The translations under genes and the position numbers were made by a program. The notes under the pieces were generated by a model. The model saw nothing but the letters and a program-made list of their open reading frames with translations, had not been told where the DNA came from and did no database searches. 64,000 bases of DNA from Octopus bimaculoides (lineage: Eukaryota), in NCBI RefSeq assembly GCF_001194135.2, contig NC_068984.1:120327933-120391932 (forward strand). The letters run 5' to 3'. Each line of letters starts with the position of its first letter. Position 1 is the first letter of the stretch. Below are positions 1 through 12,014 of this stretch, piece by piece.

Positions 1-543
1 CATGTATGTATCTATACATACATATATATAAAAAAGGACCATTGTCAGTGATCCCTGTCACCCTCACTCAATGTAACTGATTCCAAGAGTGTGAGAGTGG
101 GAGAGAAAAATAAGCTCTTGTACTTGGCTGGTTCTTTATTTATTGCCCCCCCCCCCCACAAGGATGAAAAGGGATCTATACAAGATTTGATCTATACAAG
201 ATTTGAAACCCAAGTGCAAAGAGCCAGAAAATAACTGCAGGGTATTTTTCCAATGCTCAAACAATTCTGTCAGTTTCCAGTTGTTGGTTCAATTTACACC
301 TGACTAACCTATTATCCATATCCAGCCTAATTTAACAGGCATTAAAGATTCTCTTTACATCAAATACCAAACTAGAATTAAGTATTCATATACTATCGAA
401 TAAAACTTTGGTGAGCTTAGATGAGTAAAGTGAGCTACATATCTATAACTGATTATAAGCAAATTTTTCCGTGCAAAATATACATACATAGCTATGTATG
501 CATGTATTGTATGTATGTATGTATGTATGTATGTATGTATATG

Positions 544-582
<39 letters not shown>

Positions 583-792
583 ATCTGAAAGCTGCAACAA
601 TATGCAAGGAAATGCATTATGACCAGCGGTGTATGATGACATGAGACAATGATATCTAAATATATGTGTGTGTGTGTGTNNNNNNNNNNNNNNNNNNNNN
701 NNNNNNNNNNNNNNNNNNNNNNNNNNNNNNNNNNNNNNNNNNNNNNNNNNNNNNNNNNNNNNNNNNNNNNNNNNNNNNNNNNNNNNNNNNNN

Positions 793-851
<59 letters not shown>

Positions 852-2833
852 CATACACACACACATGTATATATGCATATATATATACACACACATACAT
901 CCATCCATCCATTCATCCATCCATCCATCCATACATACGTACGTACATACATACATACATACACACATACATACATTGATATCTACTTGCGATTCTAGAC
1001 AATTACTCCCTTTAAAAATAACTTAGCATTTGAAAGTTGAAAGATGAACTTGTACTGTAGATTCTATCTATTAGTCTTATCTTGTTTTCAGTTTCTTATA
1101 GTTGACAATACAGCTGTCATTTTATCAAACTTACAGACATCATTTTACCATCTGTGGTGCAGTTTTTAGCAACATGAAAAAAAGAAAAAAAAACCATCAA
1201 ATAAAGAAGACTTTTCAAGACAGCTTTTTTTAGGTTAATATCTATTCTACAGATAATCTAGGTCATATAATATGTTGGTACAGGATCTAACAGTGAAACC
1301 GGATGGCTTTTAAATGAATACAGAATTGGCAAATATAGGATATTATCAAGTTTTATTGTCTAAATGTACATCATGAAATATTCAGACACTAATGATTGAT
1401 AATGAATTTTGAATAGTAATAATAATAATAATAATTATTATTATTATTTTATGGTTTAGGGGAAGAAAGGGAGCATCCATGTCTTTGTACAGAGATTCAC
1501 AGATTGGTGGGTGGGAAAGGAAGGAAGAAATTTTGACTCTTGGGTTACTGCACGTTAAAAACTTTTTGCTAATTGTGTTAGAGCTGATGTAGACATGAGC
1601 AAAAATAGACAACCACTCAGCCCTCCCACACTTGACCCAGCAGAGCATCAACTATGTGATAAGTCGAGAGAGAGAGAGAGAGAGAGATGGGGGGGGGGAG
1701 GACTGCATCAGCACTTGGTTGGCACATTTATACAAGTCTTATATCTTTTATCTTTTACTTGTCTCAGTCACCGGACTGTGGCCATGCTGGGGCTTTGAAG
1801 ACTTTTAGATTAAACAGATTGATCCCATCATCATCATCATCATCATCATCATTTAACGTTTGTTTTCCATGCTGGCATGGGTTGGATGCTTTGACTGGAG
1901 CTGGTAAGACCAGCAGCTGCAGCAGGCTCCATTGTCTGTTCTGGCATGATTTCTACAGCTGAATCATCATCATCATCATCATCATCCAGTGTTTTAAATC
2001 CGGGTTTTGCCCCATTAACGGGCCTGGCTGGATCTGCCTCAATGTCATAGCAACCACCCTCACACCATCTTGCCATCTTGCCCAGTTTTAGGAATCTTGC
2101 CTTGTTTTAGGAATATCCTTCCTAATGCTGACCACTCCATAGAGTGTACTGGGTGCCTTTAATGTGCTTTTTATGTGGCACCACATTGGTATCAGTTCTG
2201 TTGTGGAGGATGGGACTTCTTGAGCACAGCAAGTTATCTCAGTCCTTTGTCATCTCCTTTGTAAAGCTCAGTGTCTTGAGATCGGCCTTCAATACTTCAT
2301 GCTCTGTCTTCTTGGGTTTCCCTCTTACACGAGTTCCATCCACTTTAAGCAATCAAAACTACTGTATGTTTAAGAGTGGTCCTTTTGTAAGTATGGTACT
2401 AGATCCAGCAGAGCGTCAATTATGTTGCAGCTTGAGAGAAAGAGAGGGCTGCTACAAAACTTGACTGGCACCCTCTTTATCAGCCACCAAAGAAACAAAG
2501 GCAATGGATTAATTCATTCAAGAACAGATTAGATTCCACCCAATAGGCTTCCTCTTAGTTTTGCTGTAGGATATTATTTGCATAATTATTTATACAATGG
2601 TTGTATCTTTCACTTGTTTCAGTCACTGGACTGCGGCATATGTTGGGGCACGGCTTTGAAGAGTTTTAGGTGAACAGATTGACCCTAATACTTACATTTT
2701 AAGGCTAGCACTTATTGTATGAGTTTCTTTTCCTGAACTACTAAGTTATGGGAGACATAAACAAACCAACTCTAGTTGGCAAGTGATGAGCTGGGGAGAT
2801 AAGCACAAGCACAAAGACATTCATACACATGTA

Positions 2834-3247
2834 GGCACAGGAGTGACTGTGGAAGTAGCTTGCTTCCCATCCATATGGTTCCAGGTTCAGTCCCACTGCA
2901 TGGTACCTTGTGCAAGTGTCTTTTATTATAGCCTTAGACTGACCAAAACCTTGTGATTGGATTTGGTAGGACACTGAAAGAAGCCTGTCATATATATATG
3001 TGTGTGTGTGTGTCTTTGTGTCTATGTTTGTCCACCACCACCACCACCACCACCATCTGATAACTGATGCTGGTTTGTTTAGGTCCCTGTAAATTAGCAG
3101 CTTGGCAAAAGAGACCTATAGAATAAGTACCAGGCTTAAAAAGATTAGTACTGGGGTTGATCCATTCAGCTAAAAAATTCTCCAGCACAGTGCCTCAGCA
3201 TGGCCACAGTCTAATGATTGAAACATGTGAAAGATAAGAGATAAAAA
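2834..3247 (+). mobile_element. tRNA-headed SINE, working family A, full-length diverged copy
   Basis: Head GGAGTGACTGTGG..GGTTCAGTCCCACTGC with A/B-box-like motifs, then the CTTGTGCAAGTGTC..ACTGAAAGAAGCC block, an internal (TA)/(TG)n tract and an AAAGATAAGAG tail. Same layout as the copies at 8658, 10972, 20429 and 32915. Confidence 0.85.
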
Positions 3248-3380
3248 TATGATGAAACTCATGAAACTGGTCTTTCCTTTGCCAATAATTGAGACTAACA
3301 TACCGTAATGAGTCAAAAAATTTTTATTAACTAAAATGATACTATAATGAGGAGAAAACATCATTAACTTTAATTATTAA

Positions 3381-3601
3381 CCCTTTTAACTCTGAACCAC
3401 TTGAGACCACTCCTGGTTCAACGATGCAAACTTTTCAGTTTAAAGTGAACTAAATTAAAACCTTCCATCAAATTTTCATTGTTAAATTATGCTTTTAAAC
3501 ATCAGCTTAATAACCAACTTATTTTCTAAAATGTTTCATTATTTTCGAAATTAGTTGGAACAAAGCCAGAGTAATTCAGCAGGAATATGGCAACAGATGA
3601 G
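3381..3601. mobile_element. TTAA-flanked piggyBac-type MITE, working family H
   Basis: TTAA at 3377-3380 and 3602-3605, CCCTTT start, and internal sequence shared with 30223-30444, 31433-31848 and 43317-44149. Confidence 0.75.
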
Positions 3602-3713
3602 TTAATTATTAATTAATGATTAACCTTTGGTCAAAAGGCAATTTGACAATCCCCTAAAACCGAGGTTAATAAAAAACAAAATGGAAGCATTTAGAAGGAA
3701 TATATCTGATCTT

Positions 3714-4256
3714 TTACGTTAGTGTTAACAATTCTTATTTTGTTCTTTATTGAAATTAAATTTGCACTCCATACTTTTTGTAACAGGTGGAAAGCGGTCC
3801 TTGCCTTACTTCTTCTCGTAAAAGCAGTGTTATTGTATGGGGCTGAGACATGGAGAACAACAGTTAAGTCAAATAAGCAAATACAATCATTCATCAACAG
3901 GTGCTTGCGTAGTATACTTAAAATCAGATGGCCCGAACACATAAGCAATATGGAGCTATGGCAAAGAACAAATCAAGTTCCAATTAGAGAGCAAATATTT
4001 AAGAAAAAGTGGAAGTGGATTGGTAGCACAATTAGAAAGGACACACCAAATGCAGCGCAAAGCGCTTTACAGTGGAATCCGGATGGATATAGAAAGAGGG
4101 GTAGGCCTAAGAACTCGTGGCGTAGATCAACACAAAAGGAGCTAGAGAAAGGGGGGCATTCATGGCAGAGTATAAGTACAGAAGCGAGAAACTATGCGAC
4201 ATGGAATTCAATTATAAGTGGCCTATACTCCGCGATGGAGGGTTAAAGGCAAGAAG
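3714..4256 (+). mobile_element. 5'-truncated RTE-clade LINE with inverted 5' segment (3714-3817) and 10-bp TSD
   Basis: 3818-4246 encodes VKAVLLYGAETW...WKWIGSTIRK...WNPDGYRKRGRPKNSW, the C-terminus of an RTE reverse transcriptase. The reverse complement of 3714-3817 encodes SKARTAFHLLQKVWSANLISIKNKIRIVNTNVK, the segment that normally lies just upstream. TSD ATCTGATCTT at 3704-3713 and 4257-4266. Confidence 0.92.
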
Positions 4257-4636
4257 ATCTGATCTTAAGTGAAATTTTTATATCTCTCGGTTATTTTAAG
4301 TTGTCATAACTGACAAGGATCAACCACTCAAAATTTTAAAGTTTCTTAATCATCTAGAAGTTGATAAGCAGTAGTAAGGCTATGTGTCACTGATGAGGCC
4401 TAATAAGGGTGAAATATGCATAGAGTTGTATATAAGTAAGCTTGTATGTATATATGAATAAATAGAGAGATAGTGAGAAAGAAACAGAAAGAGAAAGTTA
4501 GGATAAGCAAGAGAATATTACTTCCTGCGTCTCAGAAGAAATTGCGCAGGATCAAATCAAAATATATGAAGAAATTCAATTTGCTTAGAGGCCAGACCAA
4601 TCAATACTAAGTTTGTTTGGGATACCCAGACATTGA

Positions 4637-4950
4637 ATTGTTGTTGTTGTTGATGATGATGATGGTAGTGGTGGTGGTGGTGGTGTTGTTGGTGGAAGTA
4701 GTAGTGGCGGTGGTGATGGTGTTTTTGTTGTTGGTGGTGGTGGTGGTGATAGTGGTGGTAGTGGCAGTGGTGATGGTGGTGGTGGTGGTGGTGATGATGA
4801 TGATGGTGGTAATGGTAGTGGTGGTGTTGGTGGTGATGATAATGATGATGGTAAACATAGAGCTGGTGGTTTTATGGTCATGGTAATTATTGTTGTGGTA
4901 GTGGTAATGGTGGTTGTGGCGGTGGTGGTGGTGGTGGAGTCGGCAGTGGC
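4637..4950. repeat. degenerate (GGT/GAT/GTT)n trinucleotide tract
   Basis: Direct reading; it produces the spurious poly-V, poly-T and poly-P ORFs. Confidence 0.95.
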
Positions 4951-5477
4951 AAAACCATAATCTATGTTAAGATGATAAAAAAAAAAAATGCGAATTATTT
5001 TTAAAACGATAAGCAGAATCTAAATACAATATTCAAGATTTGTAACAATATTTCGGGTGTTTTTAATCTGTATTTCATTTATTCTTTTGTAACAAACGAT
5101 TGACTGCAAAATGCCTATAACAACGATTATAATTTTAAGAGAACAGAAAAATAAAATCCATTTGATATTAAAGGCTTAAGCAAAATACGATACTAAGATT
5201 TAGATTTAAAGCTGCAATTTGAAATTACCAATTTTAACAGAATATCTTAAAAAGTGTTTGGGAGTATTTAGTCGTTCACAACAGCAACAATACAATACCA
5301 ACAAGATTCCTAGAATTGATAGGACAATTAGAATTACTGTGTTTTATTGATTAAGTTACTATGGCTTTCCAGAAAATATTTGCTTTTTAATTTTTTGTCA
5401 AATATCCAAGAATTCTGCGGTTCTCCAGACTTGGAGAAAGAAACACAAAATTATGGCAAATCTAAATTGATAATGAT

Positions 5478-5975
5478 GATGACAATGATGGTGGTGGTGG
5501 TGGTGGTGGTGGTGGTAGCAGCGGTGGCTGCAGTGGTGGTGGCAACAGTGGTGGTAGTGGTGTTGATAATGATGGCGATGATGAGGAGGATAATGGATGA
5601 TGGTGAGAAGAGGAAAGACAAGGTAGACTAGATGCTTTTATGATGGTCATGGAAAGAATTGTGAGACATCAAGAGGCTCAGAATGAAAACGATTATGGTG
5701 GTAGTGGCTGTGGTGATAGCGGCGGCGGTGGTGGTGGTTGTAGTGGCGGTGGAGGTGGTGGTGGTGGTGGTGGTAGCAGTGGAGGTGGTGGTGGTGGTGG
5801 CTGTGGTGGTAGCAGTGGTGGTAGTGGTGGTGGTGGTGGTGGTGGTGGTAGGGGTGGACGTTGTGATGTTGACTGTAGTAGTGTTGGCTTTAGTGGTGTT
5901 GGTTGTGGTGGTGGTGGTGGTGGTAGTTGTCATTCATCATCATGGGGATTGTGGTAGAGGTAGCAGCAGCAGCAG
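5478..5975. repeat. degenerate (GGT)n/(GAT)n trinucleotide tract
   Basis: Direct reading; it produces the poly-G, poly-V and poly-T ORFs. Confidence 0.95.
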
Positions 5976-6268
5976 GCATGATACCAACAACAATAATTCC
6001 ATGAATGTGTGCTTTAGAAGTTCAGTGTATACAACAAAGTGGATTCAGGTTCAATCTGACTGCACAACCCTTTGGACAAGTGTCTTCTATTATAGCCTGA
6101 TGTTGACCAAAGCCTTGTGTTTTGACATGCAAAGATATGGAACAAAGTACTTTACTCAAAAATAAGTAATGGTTAGCATTAGGAGAAATATCCAGCTGTA
6201 GAATAAAAACCATGAGGATAATAAAGAAATATAGAAAATCAAACAACATAGAAACATAGTAAATAATA

Positions 6269-6670
6269 GGCACAGTTGTGACTGTATGGTAAGAAGTTTG
6301 CTTTTCAACTACATGTTTCTGGATTCGGACCTACTGTGTAACACCTTAGGCAAGAGTCTTCAACTCTAGTCCCAGCTCACTTTGTGAGTAGATTTGGCAG
6401 ATGGAAACTGAAAGAAGTCCACCATGTATATGTATGTATGTTTCTATGTGTACATGTCTTTGTCTTCTGTATTTGTCCCCCACTGCCCTCCATTACTTGA
6501 CAACCAGTGTTGGCTTGTTGATGCCTTCATAACTTAGTGGTTCAACAAAAGAGATTGATAGAATAAGTATCAAGCTCTAAAAATTAAGTACCAGTTCAAT
6601 TCGTTCAATCAAGGCCCCAGAATGGCTGCAGTCCAGTGACTGAAACAAGTGAAAGATAAAAGATGAAAGA
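6269..6670 (+). mobile_element. SINE family A, diverged copy
   Basis: Head, the GATGGAAACTGAAAGAAG block, a central TG tract and the GACTGAAACAAGTGAAAGATAAAAG tail. Confidence 0.8.
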
Positions 6671-7137
6671 TATGACATAAAATATTAACCCAAAGAATGA
6701 CAAATACCAATAAACAAACAAACAAACAAACAAACAAATAAATAAATAAATAAATAAATATATAAAGAAATGCAATAAAATATGATGATGGCAAAAGGGG
6801 AAGTCTATTCCGGTCATAACTGTTTGAATTAAACTTGTAAAATGACTAAAACAAGTAAAAACATCCAAGTTTAAAACAGTAATGAGTTGGAAAACATATT
6901 TGTGTACCATGCGGTGTAACTGTCAATAGCAATGACAGGAAATAACACAAATTGTTTTTTTTCTTTTTTCATTCGTCATCAATTATGATCTTGAAATCAG
7001 CTGGATTTTTATAGCTTTGTTTATTTTCTGTTTTGAAATGTTTAAAAGTAAGAAAATATTTCAGATACACACCCTCATAAGTTGTGAATCAACAATGAGA
7101 TATAAACATATATTAAAATAAGAAAAGGAAACTATTT

Positions 7138-7181
<44 letters not shown>

Positions 7182-7589
7182 TATTTTTATTTTCTATTGA
7201 TATTTTTTAATTGAATACAAAATATTTTCTGCTTCTTGCTTGACTTCAAGGAATGCTTTGTTGTTTAGTGGAATTTCTGATATAATACATGTCAGAGTTA
7301 ATGTTCTGGAAGAGGTAACAATGTAATAAATTTACCGACGCCTTCGCTTCTATTTAGAAGCCAGGTAGGAGGAGAATCTTATAGATGGCTATGAATATAT
7401 GAATTTCAGAATAGACTTGAGACTATTGTTGGAAAGTTTTAAGAAAGACAAATAATTAAGAACAAAAAAATAATAAAAATAAAAATAATGATTGACTTTC
7501 CCTTCAAAGATGAGGTGTGAGCATTCAGCTTTTGCTGAATGATTTGTTTATAGTGATCAAATGTTCGTACTGTACATTAGCTCATGCTC

Positions 7590-7730
7590 TCCAGTAAATC
7601 GACATTACCTGAACAGGTGCACAGTGTGCCAGGTGCCAAAGTGATCACAGAGCAATGTGAGATGAAGTGTTTTGCTCAAGAACACAGTGCACCACCTGGT
7701 CTAGGAATTGAAACTCCCTAACCACAAGGC
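7590..7730 (-). mobile_element. tRNA-headed SINE fragment (CTTGAGCAAAACACTTCAT family)
   Basis: GAGCAATGTGAGATGAAGTGTTTTGCTCAAGAACAC..CCTAACCAC matches the copies at 18268-18382 and 18787-18913. Confidence 0.75.
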
Positions 7731-7731
7731 C

Positions 7732-7783
<52 letters not shown>

Positions 7784-8128
7784 GAGGAGCATCATAGCCA
7801 TGTGTTGAGAGAAATTCTTTGGGTTTGGATAATTCACCCTTGGAAACATGGGTGTTTTGCTCAACATCCTTACAAACCTTATTCAGGGGCCTTTTGAGCA
7901 GGACGGGCGACTCGACCTGAAGAAAATTCTAACTGGGTCCCACCTGCAAGGTCATGCACTGTTTATCTTGATATGAGATCACCGTGTTGCGCACATATGG
8001 TTGTGATGCATGTGCCTGGTGTACCCTTATTGGACAAGTAGTCATGATGGATATATTGGGCTTCGTATATTTTACCCCAGGGTCACTTTGATGGCATGCA
8101 TTGTTCTCTCACTCAATAATAATAATAA
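7784..8128 (+). mobile_element. 3' end of a probable restriction-like-endonuclease LINE (Dong/R4-like) within a (TAA)n tract
   Basis: Starts with CAT AGC CAT GTG TTG AGA GAA ATT CTT (HSHVLREIL), resembling the terminal AHILRxxL motif of RLE-type ORFs. About 300 bp of UTR-like sequence follows. (AAT)n lies on both sides (7732-7782 and 8115-8128). Confidence 0.55.
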
Positions 8129-8657
8129 AAATATATGCAAATGCTTTTCGTGTAAATATTATCTATTTGTCAGAGAGTCTTCTGCCATGTTATTGGTGTT
8201 GCTAAACAGGACAAGGACCTAGCTTTAACTCCTTTCTCTGATTAAACTACAGAAATATAAAAGCCTGATAAATATAAAAGCTTGATTGTATGAGGGAACT
8301 TTTAATCAGCTTTCAAGCTTTCAATGAGGGAGCTTTCAATCAGCTTCCTAGAAGTAGCAGCTAAATTCCCTTGCATTCACTCTGCTATCTTATATACAGT
8401 AAAAGAAAGGTTGCTCACATCTGGAATGTCTTTCATAAAAATTCTGTTTGAACAAAGCTGACTTGAGGATAAGCAACAATAGCAGCCTATACAGTAAAAT
8501 CTAAAATGTTTCAAATTTTAGCACAAGGTCAGCAATTTTAGGATTGTGGGTCAGTTGATACATCAATCCCAGTACTAGGCTGGTACTTATTTTATCAACA
8601 CCGAAAAAATGAAAGGTAAAAGTTAACCTTGGTAGCATTTGAATTAAAATTTTAAAT

Positions 8658-8814
8658 AGGAGTGGCTGTGTGGTAAGTAGCTTGCTTACCAACCACATGG
8701 TTCCAGGTTCAGTCCCACTGCATGGCACCTTGGGCAAGTGTCTTCTACTATAGCCTTGGGCTGACCAAAGCCTTATGAGTGGATTTGGTAGACGGAAACT
8801 GAAAGAAGCCCGTC

Positions 8815-8846
<32 letters not shown>

Positions 8847-8940
8847 NNNNNNNNNNNNNNNNNNNNNNNNNNNNNNNNNNNNNNNNNNNNNNNNCAGCAT
8901 GGCTGCAGTCAAATGACTGAAACAAGTAAAAGAGTAAAAG
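8658..8940 (+). mobile_element. SINE family A, young copy with a gap in its internal (TA)n
   Basis: GGAGTGGCTGTGTGGTAAGTAGCTTGC...GAAAGAAGCCCGTCG(TA)n, N gap, then CAGCATGGCTGCAGTCAAATGACTGAAACAAGTAAAAGAG. Confidence 0.9.
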
Positions 8941-9542
8941 AAAGAATTCTTTCTAATTTTGGCATACGGCCAGTAATTTTGAGGGGAGGGAGAAATCAGT
9001 TATATTTCCCTTAATGTTCAACTGGTACTTTATTTTATTGACCTCGCAAAGATGAAAAGCAAAGTTAATCACAGTAGCATTGAAACTGAGATTTTAAATT
9101 ATAAAAGCAAAAACAACATAAAAACACTATGCAAAACTATATTTTAACCAATTTTCTGGAGAATGATTGTTTATGACATGCAGATCATTGTTACAAATTT
9201 AAACAAAATTTATGCCTCAGTTTATAGGAAACTGTGATTGAAACATTGACTGATGCTGCAGAAGTGTCTGGGCTGTAGAATAAAACTCAGTGGGTGCAGT
9301 GCAAATTGCATTAAATTAAGATCGCCAGCTGTGTTGCAAAGACAGATTTTATATAAAATTAAGTCAACAAAAATATATCTCACTGCAATGATTTTTCCCT
9401 AAAACTTGTACTTTTTTAGATGGTCACACTTAGTCCTTGAGAAGACCATAGGTTTTCTACCTCTGCTCCTGATAATTAATGATGTAAGAAAAATAGTTTC
9501 AGTTAAAATGTAAAGCTGCATTGTAGGTTTGTACATTCTTTT

Positions 9543-10065
9543 CTCTTTACCTTTTATCTTTTACTTGTTTTAGTCATCTGACTATGGCCATGCTGGGGTA
9601 TTGCCTTGAAGGGTTTTAGTCGAACAAATTTGCCCTAGAGCTTATTTTTCTGAAACCTAATATCTATTCTATTGGTCTCTTTTACTGAGCTGCTAAGTTA
9701 TGGGGATATAAACACATCACCACCGGTTGTCAAACAGTGGTCGGGGGGCAACCACAGACACAAAGATATACACACACAGATATGTACATAGATTTGGTTG
9801 TAGAAACTCTGCCAAATCAGATTGGAGCCTGGTGTAGCCATCTGGTTCACCAGTCCTCAGTCAAATCGTCCAACCCATGCTAGCATGGAAAGCGGACGTT
9901 AAACAATGATGATGATGATGATGATATACAACAGGCTTCTTTCAGTTTCCATCTGCCAGATCCACTCACAAGGCTTTGGTCAGCCCAAGGCTGTAGTAGA
10001 AGACACTTGCTGTGGGACTGAACCTGGAACCATGTGGTTGGGAAGCAAGCTTCTTACCACATGCC
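9543..10065 (-). mobile_element. SINE family A with an RTE 3'-UTR fragment (about 9799-9924, + strand) inserted in its central tract
   Basis: Reverse-orientation tail (9543-9780) and head (9928-10065) are separated by TGTAGAAACTCTGCCAAATCAG...GGAAAGCGGACGTTAAAC(GAT)n. Confidence 0.85.
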
Positions 10066-10620
10066 TCAATTCTTTCAGATTACATTCTGCTTCATAGCAC
10101 TCACCATATCAAAGGAACATCTTTATATATTAACCACATCAAGTAAACTTCTACACAGTTATTCAACTTGCTAGAAATACCTGCTAAGTTTTCTTTCAAC
10201 CATCGTAACTGAAACGAGATCAAATATCACTTCATACAAAAAAGTGGGGGGACCCCCCCCCCCAAAAAAAAAAAACAGAAGTTGATATTCAGTCCCCCAA
10301 TCCCCACGGAATGGTCACAGCTGGAATACTTTTGATCCTAGTTTTGCTCTATCAGAGCACACTATGGGGTTAAACAGCAACAACTTGAAGTGACATATTC
10401 ATATTCTGAAATAGCAGTTTTATTGTATTAAACATAAGTATGTCAGCTTTTAAGTGGACGCTTGTCTATTATTCTCATATAATTTAGCTTATCTAGTGCC
10501 TACTTAATATAAGTTCTCCTTGAGAACACTGATCAGAGCTGAAATGAAATCAAAGCAATATGAATCATTTCATTTTTAATGCCCACAATTCAGTCAGATA
10601 TCTGTGATAGGAAAGAGATT

Positions 10621-10823
10621 GTTTAAACCAGCCATATCCGGCCAAAATATTCTACCTGTTTTATGTTCAAACTGGCCTCTTATACCTACCTTGTAATGTC
10701 ATTTTTAAGACAGACAAGCACATCATTGATAACTCAAAGCTTCAACATAATGTGAGATTAATTCAAAACAATGTGAGTAAATAAACATTACACTTGACAG
10801 AATAATCTGAATGCTAAAGGGTT
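10621..10823. mobile_element. TTAA/piggyBac-type MITE, working family G (left end eroded)
   Basis: AAACCAGCCATATCCGGCC..ATTCTACCTG internal block and AATGCTAAAGGGTTA end, shared with the copies at 45300, 51268, 54542 and 59141. Confidence 0.75.
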
Positions 10824-10971
10824 ATATCATAGAAGTACCATTGATGATCTTGCCCATATATAACATGTCAAGGGCCAGCAATACTAGATTTAGGGATAAG
10901 TTACATAAGCTACAATTTAACCCTTTTAATATCAACTTGCATGGGAGTGCCCTTAGTTTTATGAATAACAA

Positions 10972-11146
10972 GGCGCAGGAGTGGCTGTGTGGTAAGTAGC
11001 TTACTTACCAACCACATGGTTTTGGTTTCAGTCCCACTGCGTGGCACCTTGGGCAAGTGTCTTCTACTATAGCCTCAGGCCGACCAAAGCCTTGTGAGTG
11101 GATTTGGTAGATGGAAACTGAAAGAAGCCCGTCGTATATACATATA

Positions 11147-11192
<46 letters not shown>

Positions 11193-11331
11193 TCCCCCCA
11201 ACATCACTTGACAACCGATTCTGGTGCGTTTATGTCCCTGTAACTTAGCAGTTCAGCAAAAAAAACCTATAAAATAAGTGCTAGGCTTACAAAGAATAAG
11301 TCCTGGGGTCGATTTGCTCGACTAAAGGCAG
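10972..11331 (+). mobile_element. SINE family A, near-intact copy
   Basis: GGCGCAGGAGTGGCTGTGTGG head, GGTTTCAGTCCC B-box-like motif, (TA)(TG)n centre and GTCGATTTGCTCGAC hairpin. Confidence 0.9.
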
Positions 11332-12014
11332 TGAGAACTACATTAAGGAAACACTTGTTTGTGGGGTACTCAGCCACTTGCATGTTAATCTCATGAACAG
11401 GTTGTTCCATTGATTAAATCAACTGGAATCCTTGCTGTCATAACTGATGAAGCTGAAATGAATGTAGGACTACATTATCAAATATGGATCTTCCATTTTA
11501 AGTGTGATTCAAAAGAGATTTGTCTGTTATTTCTTGTAAGCAGAATAAATCCATAAATGCTTCTAAGGCTGGCAAGATAACCTTTACCCAATGGTCAGGC
11601 AACCTATCAACATGGCTACTATCAATTTTCAATTTAATAGCTTTTAAATTTTAATGTACCTGTAAGATTGCTATTGAAGAGTTTATCTTCACAGAGCGTA
11701 TCAAAGACAAAGACAGTCTTTTAGAATTCATTTTCTTACAGACTATTCACTGTAACTAGTAATTAATGCAGGGATATTACATAAGAAAAGTCTGTAGATG
11801 GACTGTAGCTGTAATTCAAAGATTCAAAGTTGTAGTTTAAAGAGCACACTGTGTCACAGTCATTTTGACTCCTGATTACAGTAAGAAAATACACATGCTT
11901 AAGGAATACTCAGTCACTTATGCACTAATTCAATGACTTGGTAGTTCACTTGATTGAATGATTGAATAATCATCAGTGAAACTGACTGAGATCTCTTCAT
12001 CATCATTTTTATAT

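Noticed and set aside
355-1026. ORFs of 100-185 aa rich in YI/HT/CV, and similar ORFs at 14442-15159, 24186-24791, 27290-27752, 46576-47247, 48343-49015, 53412-54037, 55049-55949 and 60522-60813
   Set aside because: They are translations of (TA)n/(CA)n/(TATG)n microsatellites and N gaps, not genes.
4380-4430. CTGATGA-GGCC-TAATAA-GGGT-GAAA-TATGCATA hammerhead-like motif
   Set aside because: Core motifs are present, but stem II has a mismatch and no stem I partner follows the putative cleavage site. Too weak alone.
4585-6165. Gly-rich, Thr-rich, Pro-rich and Val-rich ORFs resembling structural or mucin proteins
   Set aside because: They are open in several frames on both strands because of trinucleotide repeats, with no unique coding context or convincing splice signals.
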